A stretch of DNA of 63,060 nucleotides, counting the filler, from Dugesia japonica (Eukaryota): assembly GCA_001938525.1 (NCBI GenBank). It is 6 parts of 6 records of this genome, joined end to end, with 100 filler letters (N's around TTAATTAATTAA, not from the genome) between each part and the next. Parts side by side here need not be neighbours in the genome. Positions count along the whole stretch, not along the records: positions 20,073 to 30,820 come from MQRL01622350.1; positions 30,921 to 42,807 come from MQRL01550569.1; 4 more parts are not named here. One strand, given 5' to 3'. Positions 27,191 to 40,069 of the stretch are shown here, in pieces. Positions within the stretch are counted from its first letter, which is position 1, and every line of letters begins with the position of its first letter. A program made the position numbers and the translations under genes. Below the pieces are notes generated by a model. The model was not told the origin of the DNA, did not search any database, and was given only the letters and a program-made list of their open reading frames with translations.

Positions 27191-29962
27191 AGTGGATAGA
27201 TATGAGCGGACTAGATTATCCCTTCTCCCTTGCGTAATTTTAGTGATCTGTGATTTTTATATTTTATGCGATGATTAAAATTATATAATTCATGTGCAAT
27301 GAATATTTATTTTTATAATATTTTTGTTTAAAATGAGTGAAAATTTATGATGTTATCGGGTTATCCATCATTTAACGTGGAATTTTACTCTTATCAAGAA
27401 TATCATAATTAAAAATCAATAAACTTTATACATAAAAAATAAAACGGAAAAATTATTAAAATGAACAAACATATTGAAGTGAATTTCCCCGAACAATATT
27501 AATACTAGTTGCTCCCCAAACAATACTACCATTAACATTAGTTGCTCCCCGGGCAATATTAATGCTAATATTAGTTGATCCTATGGTAGATAGTAGGTAG
27601 ATACTGGCGTACTGCAACAATGAACCCCCATCATACTAAATACATCCATTATACTAAAATTATAATCCATCATACCAAAATTAAAATTAAACATGTAAAA
27701 ATTTATAACTATCACAAAATTTTAAACTCGTCGTGTTAAAATTCAAAAATTAATACATTAAATTTCCAAACAATCATATAAATATTTTAAACCATCACAC
27801 TAAATTTATGATCCAACATATAAAAATTCAAATTCCACTTAGTAAAATTTAATTAATTTATTCAATACACTTAACATATTCAATTAGTCAATACAATTAA
27901 GAACCAGAATATATTCAATTCAATCAATAAATTCTATGCATTTAAATTGCTAAATTCACACATTACAGTCAATATACTTAATAAATCCAATATACTTTTT
28001 AAACACAATAAAAACATCCAATACATTCATTAAACATAATACATTCAATTAACTTAATATGCTTAATAAACCTAATAAGCTAAATAGAATACATTCATTG
28101 AATCACAATTGATTAATTCAATTAATTTACTAAATAAACTTAATTAAATATTAATTAAATTATAAAATCAATCAAATTTAAACAAAGATAAACCTAAATC
28201 AAAAGAATTATCCGATTAAACATGATACATCTTAAAATGTCAAATACGGTAAATACGTTTAATATGTTAAATATATTTAAAAACTCAAATTAACTAAAAA
28301 AACAAATAACCCAAAAATAATAAACTTAATAGATAATATACTTTTAATAAACCAACTAAATATACAAATGTATTATTCCTTGATCTAATGGCTGAATTAA
28401 AGCCGTTGTATTTGGTGGCATAAATTCAATAGAACCATTTTTTAGAGTTGCATCGTCTTCAAGACTATGACAAGAAGCATTGTCCACAATTAGCAATACT
28501 TTTCTATTTTGTCTTCCAATTTCTTCATCAAACATTTTAAGAATTTTTGTTCATATCAGACTTGCCATCCAAGCTTTATGGTTATTATAATATAGAAGGA
28601 GAATATTGTTACCACTAAAATAGCGAGAATTTTTAGATTTTCTGATAACGTATATTTTTTTAGTTGAACCATTCATATTGCACATAAATAAAGTTGTAAG
28701 CCTAGCATTTTCTATTTTCCATCCTTCAAGAATTTCTCCTTTTTGCAGCCACTGTGCAATTCTGAATTGCCTTGTAATAAAGGCCTAATTCATCAGAATT
28801 AAAGATATCCCTAGCTTCATACTCTGACAGTAACGATGGGATTAACCAAACCTAATTCCATTATTTTCTGCAGCTTTTATCTCGCAGTAGAAAGTTTGAC
28901 AAAAAATATTATTCTTCTTTTTCCATCTGTTTAGCCAGCCATTATTTGCTTTAAAATTAGGAATTTCCAAATTTTCTGCAAATTGATCAGCGGTGACTAA
29001 AATCATAGGCCCACTAATTATAGCATTTTTTAGGCGCATTTCATGAAACCAAAGCATAACAGTCTGTTTTATTTAATTATAGTTGCCTGCATGTATTCTC
29101 TGTCTAGATGTATTAATGTTCTCCATAGCTAGATTTATAATTTTGGCTTCTTGGAACAAAATTCTAGAAATTGTACTTAGATTGCATTTATACATTCCAA
29201 CTAGTTCATTCCGAGTTTTAGATTTAGCTTTTAAGGCTTCTATTATGCCGATCTTCTGTTTTATCGTAAGAGTTTTAATTTTTGTCATATATGCACACAA
29301 ATTTTTATAAATTTTGAAAATGAAATTTAAGATCTGAAATTATTTAAACAAAATTATTTTGTAAAAAATTGCATTAAACCAAACAGTTATTTAAAATACC
29401 AATAAAAAGTTTTGCACTTATCCGGATTGTGCACTTAACCGATTTTCAATTAACCGATTTACAACATGCTTATTTTGCTTTAAAATGAATCGGTAAATTT
29501 GGTTTATGTGCAATTACCCGTGCTGTGCAGTTAACCGTTGTGCACTTATCCGAGTTATATTCATGTGCATGATTTTATATAATTTATAATTTTTTTGCTA
29601 TTCATAATGCTATTTATTTGACTAAATTATATTTAATTTATGATTTTAANNNNNNNNNNNNNNNNNNNNNNNNNNNNNNNNNNNNNNNNNNNNNNNNNNN
29701 NNNNNNNNNNNNNNNNNNNNNNNNNNNNNNNNNNNNNNNNNNNNNNNNNNNNNNNNNNNNNNNNNNNNNNNNNNNNNNNNNNNNNNNNNNNNNNNNNNNN
29801 NNNNNNNNNNNNNNNNNNNNNNNNNNNNNNNNNNNNNNNNNNNNNNNNNNNNNNNNNNNNNNNNNNNNNNNNNNNNNNNNNNNNNNNNNNNNNNNNNNNN
29901 NNNNNNNNNNNNNNNNNNNNNNNNNNNGGGTGGATGATCTAGTGCGCTCATATCTAATTAAT
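27191..29962. mobile_element. Non-autonomous element with ~118-bp Polinton-like TIRs, carrying a Tigger insertion and a nested terminus
   Basis: The left end 27191-27308 (AGTGGATAGATATGAGCGGACTAGATTATCC...) is the inverted copy of 30738-30820 plus 29928-29962 once the misplaced block is put into the 278-N gap. No TSD found. Confidence 0.6.
28374..29560 (-). mobile_element. Tigger/pogo transposon, decayed transposase (CENP-B HTH plus DDE_1)
   Basis: MTKIKTLTIKQKIGII...STISRI; WFHEMRLKNAIISGPMI...FKANNGWLNRWKKK; DIFNSDELGL; KAWM; KVLLIVDNASCH; FMPPNTTALIQPLDQG. The 5' end carries repeated CGG(T/A)TAAGTGCA motifs at 29410-29555. Stops and frameshifts present; 3' truncated. Confidence 0.9.
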
Positions 29963-30195
29963 TTATTGGTTATTGATTGATTTGCATTTTCTATTTGTTT
30001 AAAATCTTGTGATTTTTTGTGATCAAATAATTTCTAATTTTTTCATGTTCAGACATCTCATGATCCAGCATTGTTAGTAATCTTACATACATAACGTTCT
30101 CGATGACATTGGATTATCTGTAGCTTCACCATTTATTTCCATTTGNNNNNNNNNNNNNNNNNNNNNNNNNNNNNNNNNNNNNNNNNNNNNNNNNN

Positions 30196-30543
30196 TTTTT
30201 ATAAATTTTGAAAATGAAATTTAAGATCTGAAATTATTTAAACAAAATTATTTTGTAAAAAATTGCATTAAACCAAACAGTTATTTAAAATACCAATAAA
30301 AAGTTTTGCACTTATCCGGATTGTGCACTTAACCGATTTTCAATTAACCGATTTACAACATGCTTATTTTGCTTTAAAATGAATCGGTAAATTTGGTTTA
30401 TGTGCAATTACCCGTGCTGTGCAGTTAACCGTTGTGCACTTATCCGAGTTATATTCATGTGCATGATTTTATATAATTTATAATTTTTTTGCTATTCATA
30501 ATGCTATTTATTTGACTAAATTATATTTAATTTATGATTTTAA
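30196..30543. other. Assembly duplicate of 29302-29649
   Basis: 348-bp exact copy; both copies end at an N. Confidence 0.85.
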
Positions 30544-30820
30544 NAAACTATGTTTACTTTAAATTATAATTAGAATATGTTAACAAAAGAAAATTAAATT
30601 ATAATTTTAAAATAAAATATTCTGGCGAAATTTAAATTTGAAATTAATTATCTTATTATCAGCCCAAAAATTAGAAATTAAATTGAACTAGGTACACAGA
30701 AAATACGAGCAAAAATTAGGTAATCGGATTAACACTAAATATTCATTGCACACCGATTATATAATTTTAATCGTCGCATAAAATACATAAAATCGCACAT
30801 CACTAAAATTACGTAAATGG

Positions 30821-30920
30821 NNNNNNNNNNNNNNNNNNNNNNNNNNNNNNNNNNNNNNNNNNNNTTAATTAATTAANNNNNNNNNNNNNNNNNNNNNNNN
30901 NNNNNNNNNNNNNNNNNNNN
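30821..30920. other. Artificial scaffold spacer
   Basis: N44-TTAATTAATTAA-N44. Confidence 0.95.
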
Positions 30921-30959
30921 CTGATAACAGAAAGCCAGTCGCAGAGCACTAGTGCACAG

Positions 30960-33207
30960 AGTTTTGATAACTGAGATCAGGTAAAGAGTAAAATGTCATC
31001 TAAAATACTACTCAAAATTGATCTTCCTGAATAAATTATCATTCTATTTTTATATTCATTGAGGACCCCCAAAATTAAGTACTTGTTTTTCAATATAACT
31101 TTTTATTTATAAGGTGTGGTAATTTTAGGTTAATATATTTGTNNNNNNNNNNNNNNNNNNNNNNNNNNNNNNNNNNNNNNNNNNNNNNNNNNNNNNNNNN
31201 NNNNTGAGATACTTTTTATTTTTAATTATTTATTGAGAAATAAAAATTTTAACTTTTTTAAAATTAATTTAATTTGACGAATTTCTACCGTATATATTCT
31301 TGATCAGTAAAGAATTCTCTATCTAATAGTAATTGCATCATTAATTTGGATGAAAATTATAAAAAATTAACTTTTTATTTGTGTCGATTAAGCGTAATCG
31401 TGATTTTTGACTAAGTTTTTTCGAATTTTCTTTGCGAAAATTAGGTTTAATGATTTTAAGTGATGTTTTTCTTAATCAGTAAAATTTTCTCTATCGAATA
31501 ATGTATAATTTGTTACGATTTTAGAAGAAAAAATTTCAAAAATTGTCGAAAAATCTCGGGTTATTCCAGACATGATTTGGTGATTTGTAACCATGTTTTT
31601 CCTACTCAAAATAAAATTCCCTATCGAATAGATACTTTGATGTTCAAATTCGAGTGACCCTTTCCAAATTTCATAATTCCCTCACGGACTCTCAAAATTA
31701 AGTATATGTTTTTTATATTTAACCTTTTATCTATAAAGTTTGATGATTTTAGATTTAAATATTTGGAATCAGTAAAAGATTCTCTATCTAATAGATACCT
31801 TGTTGACCAATTTTGAGATACATTTTAAATTTTCGAAAAAAAGTTACCAAATCCGAAAGAACTACCGAATATCTTCGTTAAAAAAGCATTTTTCCCGAGA
31901 CGATATTTTAACTTTGTACAGTCCTTTTTTCCTCCTGAGTAAAATAATACTGAATTTGAAACTATACGAGTTATGTACGAANNNNNNNNNNNNNNNCAAA
32001 ATTCAAAATTTGAGAATTTTCAACACAAAACCCTATTTATTTCATTCCAGATAAACTTTGACGATTTTAGGTTTATATATTTAGAATCAGCAAAGATCTT
32101 TCTATCTAATAACTATGATTATTTTATCTAAAGATGAGAAATAATTGTTTCGAAAAATTTTTTATTTGTGAAAAATAATCTACATCGAATTCTCCATCGA
32201 TTGATGTAAAAATCTCGACAAAAAGTTTTTTCAAAAATTTTCGAAATTTTGGAGGTTCTCCCGGATTCCCATAAAAAGTTGATTTAAAAATTTTAAAAAT
32301 CGTAAAATTTAAACAAAATGACCCAATTTCACCAATATTACCACAAAAGTTTAAAGTAATTTTAAAACACTTGAAAATTTAAATAAATTCTACTTTTCCC
32401 ATGAATTTCCGTAAAAATTCATCCCAAACTGACCGATCCCGAGGAAATAATTGACCGAATCACCCAAAAATTACCTAAACCGACCTCACTGGTTCGAAAA
32501 ATCAACCTTATTCACCTCACCAAGAAAATATCAGACCAAATTCATCAGAACCAATCAAAATTCAACCTTATTCGACCTCATCAAGAAAAATTGCAACCAA
32601 TTTCACCTGAATCACACAAAAATCATCAATCCTGAGGAAAAATTTCACCAAACGCCCGAAAATTACCCAAACCAACATATCCCGAGGAAATAATTGACCA
32701 AATTCCCCTAAATCACCCAAAAATCGACCTTATTCGACCTTACCGAGAAAATTTTGGACCAATTTCACCTAAATCACTAAAAATCATCAATGCCGAGGAA
32801 AATCTTTGACCAAAACGCCCAAAAATTACCCAAACCAACCAATCCCGAGGAAATAATTGACCAAATTCACCTGAACAAGTCAAAAATTGACCACATTCGA
32901 CCTCACCAAATAAATTCCCAACTAAATACACAAGGAAAAAGTAACACCAGTTAATCCTATTACGTAAAATTTCATCGATGAAATTAATCTCATGACATAA
33001 TTTGTGTGCAAAATAATTTTCCCAACTAAATACATAGGAAAAAAGTAACACCAAGTTACTTATAAATTAAGTTATAAATTAAGTACTATTACCTAATGAT
33101 GCAATTTTTAAATTCCCAACTAAATACATTAGGATTAAATTTCGTTACTTCACGGCGGGGGGGCTACTGAATGTGTGCGTGGTGCAGACTGCCACTATCC
33201 ACCTACT
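30960..33207. repeat. Long subterminal/TIR-like repeat ending in a Polinton-type terminus
   Basis: Homologous to 53960-55559 (e.g. 32010-32400 vs 54790-55180). Contains recurring AAATTCTCTATC(G/T)AATAG motifs, ~160-bp tandem units at 32420-32920 and 3x TTCCCAACTAAATAC. Ends ...CCACTATCCACCTACT (reverse complement AGTAGGTGGATAGTGG). Confidence 0.6.
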
Positions 33208-34541
33208 GTGGTCTCTGCGTTCATTGGTGTTTAAAATGCGGTGAAATGTAACACTTTACGATAATAGTTCTTTAAACAATGTATAAATAGTTATTATTTC
33301 GCCGTCAATTGTTATATCATATAATAGCAAATAAATATCAAATGGTTGGTTTTTGTTAAATGAAATCTTGGTAAAATTTATTAACATTGATTTGATTTTT
33401 GATTGTATGGAAATAGAATTATAGACAATCGATTGCCAATGTGAATTTTTTATTTTGATTGAATTTTCTACTACATTTTATTAAATAATATTGCTTTATT
33501 GACATTGTGTTGTAATAAATTTTGAGTTATATTTAATTGAGTTGTAGATAGTACATGAGAATTTTTATTAATTAACAGTTGTTATTGATTTTGTGGGTAT
33601 TTTTTTATCTGATTCAACAGATTATTTGTTGAAGATATATTTACCATTTTTATTATTTTCATCGATTTTAATAAATCTATTTATTTAATTAATTTACTTG
33701 TTTTTCGTTTTATAGTTTTATGTTGTCCATTTTTGTTTTATCTGATTCAATAGCTTATTTACATTTATATTTTTTGTTATTTACAAATTAATTTTATTAT
33801 AAATTTACTTATTTTTTTGGAAATATTTCATTTGAAATTTGTTTTCTATTAAAATTATTCATTAATTTAGAATTATTTATAAGAAATTTTTTATACTATC
33901 AAACTTTTTATTTCTAAGATTTGTTTCAATTTCTTGATTCCATTTTATTCGTTTTTATTTATCTTCTCTTATTACTCTAATCTAATTTTTTTGCCATTTT
34001 AATGAAACTTCATTTTCATCAATCTCGAGTGTTTCGAGCCTTTTTCTATCTAAAATCAAAATTCTCTGAATTCATAATACAGAATTTATTTAATAAAAAC
34101 TTGTTAAATCTGTTCGAATAAAATATACTCGGTATACAAATAAATACAAAAAATAAATACAATCAAATTATAAGACTAATAAAATTTTCTGAAAAATTTC
34201 TTAACAATCAATACAAATATTAACAAAAAAATTAAATAGAAAATGTAATAAAAATTTTTGAATAATTATAAAACCTAATTAAAAAATATATCAGGAAAAA
34301 ATAATGTCAACTGTAAGATTTAGTTTCTAATTGAGTATTTACCTGAAAGAATGTCACCTAAAATATGAAATTTGAAGACAATTTAAGATTTGTACTAAAA
34401 TAAGGATTATTTTAAAATTTGAAGAGTCAAATTATTTCTGAAATTAATCAAAAATATAAAATTTATCTCGAGAATAATATTTTACATTTTGACAAAATAT
34501 ATTAGGACAAAATATATTGACAAAATATATCAGACTAAATA

Positions 34542-35198
34542 CTACCATGATCAAAAAATACCGCGGATGAAACTCAAACAAAACATCAATCAAGTCAATG
34601 ACAGTTTTCGGAAGAGCCAAAACCGAAAAAACCACGTCGTTTTCAGTCAAAAAGGAAGGTCACGCTAACCGTTTTCATCGATTACAATGGAGTTGTACAC
34701 TATGAATTTATTCCAGAAGATAAAACATTCAACAAGGAGTATTATCTAGGTGTTATGAGACGATTGCATGAAGCTGTTTGTTTGAAAAGAAAAGGTTTCT
34801 AGAGAAACAATTCCTGGATCTTACATCATTACAATGCACCAGTTCCCAATGCAATAGTTATTCGAGATTTTTGCAAAAATTCAATACAAATACCATCCAA
34901 CAAGCGTTGAATCCACCAGATATGGCTGTTTGGGACGTTTTCCTATTCAATAGTCTGAAAAAACCACTTCGAAGAAAACGTTTTGATACCACTGAAGCGA
35001 TCAAACAAAAAAAGAAGGATGCATTGTTGGGTATACCAAAGAAGGAGTTCCAGAAAGCATTTAAAAATAGGATTACATGCTGGCATAGGTGCATTGAGGT
35101 AAATGGAGACTACTTCGAAGGTGACAATTAAAATTGTGTTGAATAAATAGTCTGTTTCATTTTAAACTGAGTTGACCGGGTATTTTTGATCATGGTAG
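34542..35198 (+). mobile_element. Internally deleted mariner element
   Basis: TA TSDs; TIRs CTACCATGATCAAAAA / TTTTTGATCATGGTAG. Encodes the transposase C-half: ETKHQSSQ..PKPKKPRR..LTVFIDYNGVVHYEFIP..WILHHYNAP..PDMAVWDVFLF..W..CIEVNGDYFEG. Confidence 0.92.
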
Positions 35199-35804
35199 TA
35201 TATTTACAAAATATATCAGACAATATGTTTGGACAAAATATATAACAAATAATTATATTAATTAACTATTAATCGATTTGCTTCCTCATACAGTTGTAGT
35301 AATATGATACTGGAATTCATATTTGACTTTGGAAATCTTTCTTGAAATAATGTGAAACTATTTTTTGAATAAACCAAAATTTATAAGTTATTAAATTTAA
35401 TTAAAGCATTTTTTAAAATTATTTGGAATTTTAACCAAATTTAAGTTTCATTGATTTTTAAAGAACATTAATTTTTTTATTAGGATTAGAAACGTTAACA
35501 AAGAGGTTTTTTTAAATATTCATCAGAAATCGGCAAATAGCTGGAAAGAAATTTCAAAGCAGAAATTAAATAGAAGTTTGGATGATGTTGTTAAGGATCA
35601 CATTGTAGTAATCAATGAAATTATATTAAAAAATTGTTCTGAGAATTTTAAATTAATGAAAAAGAGTTAAATTATCTCTAAAATTAATCTAAAAAAAAAG
35701 AAATTTATCTCGAGGATAATATATTTCATTAAATGAATTTCAAAAAAAGTAATAAGTTCTGCTAAAATAATAAAAAATATTTCCAATTAAATTGATGTTT
35801 TCAA

Positions 35805-36467
35805 TTACAATTTTCCATTTAAATGAGCATTATAAAGACTTCTAGAGTAGTTTTTTGCAGCATTATTTGATGGAATATATGGAGATGTTGATTTTGGTTT
35901 TGAGATAATTTTATCTGGCTCAAATACAGGATTAGTGTAGAATCCAGAAGATTCAGGAAGTTTCTTTGGAGAATACATTTTGTTTGATGAATAATTATTC
36001 AATTGTTGCAGAGTTGAGTTTGGTTTTGGATAATTATTAACTCTCAAATTTGTATTTTCATTCATTTTTCGTTGATTGGCATGTTTATCATTTATTTGAT
36101 TGTTATTATTAGTTTTTAGTTTGTTCTGCACAAAAACCATTTCAGGAGATAATAAATGAGAATTCTTTTGAATATTTTGAAAACTTTCATGTTTTAATTG
36201 TTCTTTGTCAAGAATCAAAGATTTCTCTTTCAATATTCGAGCATTCTTTCTGCGTTTTTTCATTCGTTTCAAACATTTGAAAATATTAACCAAAATCGCT
36301 AGAATCAAGAAACTGCCACCAACAATAAAAATAGAAATACCAGTTGTGTATTTATTATTATCACCTTGGTCTTGTCCTTGTCCCCAGAGACATCCACCAA
36401 TTAATAAAAGAATAATTGCCAATGAATATAAGCCAAATAATATTTGATCACCACCACACAATAACAT
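35805..36467 (-). CDS. Two-transmembrane protein with long cytosolic tail, 220 aa, function unknown
   Basis: Intact 663-nt ORF in very AT-rich DNA. Two hydrophobic helices, a basic stretch KRMKKRRK, and an FYTNPVF motif. A splice acceptor TTTTTAG lies 2 nt before the ATG. Confidence 0.8.
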   Translation of the reverse strand: MLLCGGDQILFGLYSLAIILLLIGGCLWGQGQDQGDNNKYTTGISIFIVGGSFLILAILVNIFKCLKRMKKRRKNARILKEKSLILDKEQLKHESFQNIQKNSHLLSPEMVFVQNKLKTNNNNQINDKHANQRKMNENTNLRVNNYPKPNSTLQQLNNYSSNKMYSPKKLPESSGFYTNPVFEPDKIISKPKSTSPYIPSNNAAKNYSRSLYNAHLNGKL

Positions 36468-36831
36468 TGCTAAAAATATCCAAATATAATATATTAATTG
36501 AAAATATTTTCAATTAAATACAAAAAATTTGATAAAAATCGATGAATTTGAAACAACATACATTTAATTTATTGATTGATACTAATTATACAAATAATTT
36601 TGAAATCTAAACAATTATTATTGATTGAAATAAGAACTATATATTCCAACCAATCAGCATTCAACAAAACTATATGAAATGTAACATTTCATTTACGTTG
36701 ATTTCATTGGAGATTTATTTTTCATTTAGTAAATAAAATAAAGCCTATTAAAATAATTTCAGAAAAATTAAATAAATTATATTTAGTAAACATAAATTTT
36801 CAATGAAAATTTATCAATTCACAATTAATTC

Positions 36832-36899
<68 letters not shown>

Positions 36900-37013
36900 N
36901 NNNNNNNNNNNNNNNNNNNNNNNNNNNNNNNNNNNNNNNNNNNNNNNNNNNNNNNNNNNNNNNNNNNNNNNNNNNNNNNNNNNNNNNNNNNNNNNNNNNN
37001 NNNNNNNNNNNNN

Positions 37014-37200
37014 AAATCAAATAATTCTTAAATCCAACAAGAAAATTCATCTATGGTTTAGATACATAGATGATATTTTCTTTGTAAATAATTCTCTAGA
37101 GAATATTTTAGAATTATCACTTTCGAACAATCAATTGACTTTAAGATTCCTTTTCTGGACACTTTAATTCAAAAGAAACCTAGTGAAATATTAACTACCC
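37014..37200 (+). pseudogene. Penelope-like reverse transcriptase fragment
   Basis: KIHLWFRYIDDIFFV (YxDD motif in the PLE W-x-R-Y-[VI]-D-D context), then after a frameshift KIPFLDTLIQK. Confidence 0.8.
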
Positions 37201-37207
37201 AAAAAAT

Positions 37208-37850
37208 CTCTAATTTGGTATTATTTTACTCAGGAGGAAACGGTGACTGTGCAAATTTAAAATATTGTCTCAGGAAAAATGCTGTAAAAATTTGTAAAAA
37301 TATGTTCTTTATCTCAGATTTCAAAGATTTTTATACCAAAATGCTAAGAATTTTAGGGTGATCTTTTTCACAAATAAAAATATTTCTCAAATAGGATAAG
37401 AAAGTGTCTGTTTGATAGAGAAATTTTCGCTGATTCCAAATATGTTAACCTAAATTCGCCAAATTTAATACTCGATTAAATAAATGAGGTTTTGTGATGA
37501 AAAAATCTCAAAATTCAGAGTTTAGCGTTAAGACATCCATGCTCAGAGAATTGCTATTGACTACAATTTGGTATTATTTTACTCAGGAGGAAACAGTGAC
37601 TGTGCAAATTTAAAATATTGTCTCAGTAAAAATGCTGTAAAAATATGCCCTCCCTGGAATTTGATAACATTTTTTCGAAAATTAAAAAAGTATCTCAAAA
37701 TTTATCGAAATTGATACTATTCGATAGGAAACTTTACGGCGAGTACGAATAACACGGTTAAAAATCAACAAACCTTATACATAAAAAAGTTATATAGAAA
37801 AACAAGGACTTTATTTAGGAAATTCCGAGGAACATTAAATATAATAAAAA
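37208..37850. repeat. Inverted partial copy of the 31-33 kb / 54-55.5 kb repeat family
   Basis: 37400-37515 is the reverse complement of about 54790-54900. A ~78-bp direct duplication lies at 37212 and 37565. Confidence 0.65.
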
Positions 37851-39319
37851 ACATACTTTAAAAACTAAATAATAAGATAAAGTCATTTTTCAAAGTAAAA
37901 GATTTTTTTAATAAAAATTTGATATATCTGTCTGTTTTGTTGGTTATCTGGTTAATTTTTTCAAACTTTTTTAGGTGAGGATAATTTTTAGGCTTTTTAA
38001 TTGGTAATAATTTCAAGATTCTTAGTTGGTGATAATCATTTAGACTTTTAGATTGTGATGGTGGATCAATCAATCTCTAGAGTAGAATTTCATTTAAATT
38101 AGTTAATCTTATATGATACAAGTTGCTCTCGGGTACATTAAAATTAGCTGACCTAAATGAATAAGATCTTAATAAATTTTGCTTTAGAAAAACTTTAATT
38201 TCGATTGAAAGTTTCATCGACGACGTTGATTATAGTTAATTATGGGCAATTATTGCTTATTTTCAGTATATTCAGTCAGTTTTCAATGATTTTAGTTGAA
38301 TAATTTACTCAATAAAATCAAATTGGATCAAATTTCAGTCAATTACGGCCTATTGTTTAGAATTTCCTAGTAACGATCTATTTGCTAAGAAATTTCATTG
38401 GAAATGGTCAAATTTAAATTTCAATATTAGTCGCTCACCATAGAATTTTAACATTTATAGTTTTAAGATGATAAATAAATTATAAATTAATTATTAAATG
38501 ATTAAATATTCTCATACATTGTTTTCGATAATAGTTTGTTTTCTTTACATATCATTACATTACCTCATCCGGTTAGTACAGTCAAGTAATTATTTTGACT
38601 GTTCACATCGAGTCTCAAACTGTTCACGATCAAGACCATTTGGTTCTAATCGAGTCTGTTCAATTATGAACTTATCAATAAGCTTGCATAGTTTTAACTA
38701 GGCTAAGCTCAATTACGGTATGTACATCTCCAGTAGCAATAAGTATAACCGTTCACATCCAGCCATGAATGCATACTGCTACAACTATCTTTATGAAATA
38801 AAAACAGGTAGTCATCATCATCAATACTTGACTCGGCACGGATTTGTAAAATGATATGGAACTCCAACTTATTATTATCAAATCCAATGTATGTTATTAT
38901 AATAATTTGTTTTTTCGTTTTTTCTGATTTTTAATTTTAAAGATCATTGAAATTTTTTGTTTCTTCAGGAGTAGCACTATTTGCTAGAGAATTAAACAGG
39001 AAGATAGGAAATTTGTAATGAATTTTTATCGTAAAATAATTCCTTTTCCATTAAAAATGCATTCAAAAAATTAATTATTTTGATTACGTTATGAATTACG
39101 TAATCAATTTCAAAGTTTTTTTTAGTCCTCTCATTGTATTTTGTGTAAATCTTATCGGAACAAATCAAATTAAGTAACATTAGATCAGCCGCACAAAGTT
39201 ATACATAAAATATTTTTGTCCAGAGGGCTTAAAAAGTTATTAAAGATTAAAATTTAAAACCACCGCCATTTTAAAAGATATTGCCTCGAAATTTATATTA
39301 TGTTGTGGTGAAGTTTATT

Positions 39320-40020
39320 AAATTGTTGGACCTAGTGGTAGTGAAAAACTTTGTTTGTATGTTAATTATAGAAATCAAATTTATTCAAGTAAAAATTTAA
39401 AAACATATACTGGCATAGGGCGCAGATGAAGAGGATGGACTGTTTAAATCTAAACTTTGTAATCATTAAGGTGTTAGTCATAGAACTCGCAATTTAAATA
39501 TGCAATACTTGGTTCTAACTGTTGTGGATTTTCATGCAAAACAAGCATATCCAAATAACAGACAATTTCTGATTAAATAATTTCAAAATGCAACAGAAAT
39601 TTCTCATTTATATTTATTTCTTGACTTTACACAACAATGTACAAATGACTATAGAGTTAGAACTAATATATTTAGTCCAAATGGAATAACTGTGTATAAA
39701 AAAAATAGTTAATATTCTTAATATTATCTATAAAGGGGCAAAATTTAAGATAATTGTAGTTGATTCAGTTACTGGTGGTGCCGTTGTTAATCAAAACAAG
39801 ACTACCGTTAAGGAAAAGACGAAACAATTGTATAAGAAAGAATCACATAAAAAATAATCACATAAAAAGAAATATGCAAATAAAAAATAGAAATTGAATA
39901 AATTTAAAAACTTGAAAAAAGTACTGTAAAGAAACTGAAAATGATGAATGAAAAGTGTATATCATTAAAAAAACTCGTTGATATATATGTTAAAATAAAA
40001 ATGAAATTAGAAAAAAGTAT
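39320..40020 (+). pseudogene. Decayed Polinton packaging ATPase plus downstream ORF (paralogous to 57208-58110)
   Basis: IVGPSGSEK (Walker A), SHRTRNLNMQYLVL, KQAYPNNRQF, YLFLDFTQQC, YRVRTNIF. Collinear with the 57 kb copy but with internal deletions. Confidence 0.85.
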
Positions 40021-40069
40021 TTTGTTTTGATAAAATTATCAAGATTTTCTAGAATGAAAATTTTGCAAT

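Noticed and set aside
32451-33054. ORFs in the ~160-bp tandem repeat region
   Set aside because: Repeat-derived, with no protein motifs.
32420-33130. CRISPR-like repeat arrays (also 55306-55510)
   Set aside because: Eukaryotic context, irregular spacing, related spacers and no cas genes; these are subterminal repeats.
27592-33207. AGTAGGT.GATA.TGGC ends as the TIR pair of one element
   Set aside because: A scaffold spacer lies between them, similarity stops after about 28 bp, and the flanks (GTAGAT vs GTGGTC) are not a TSD.
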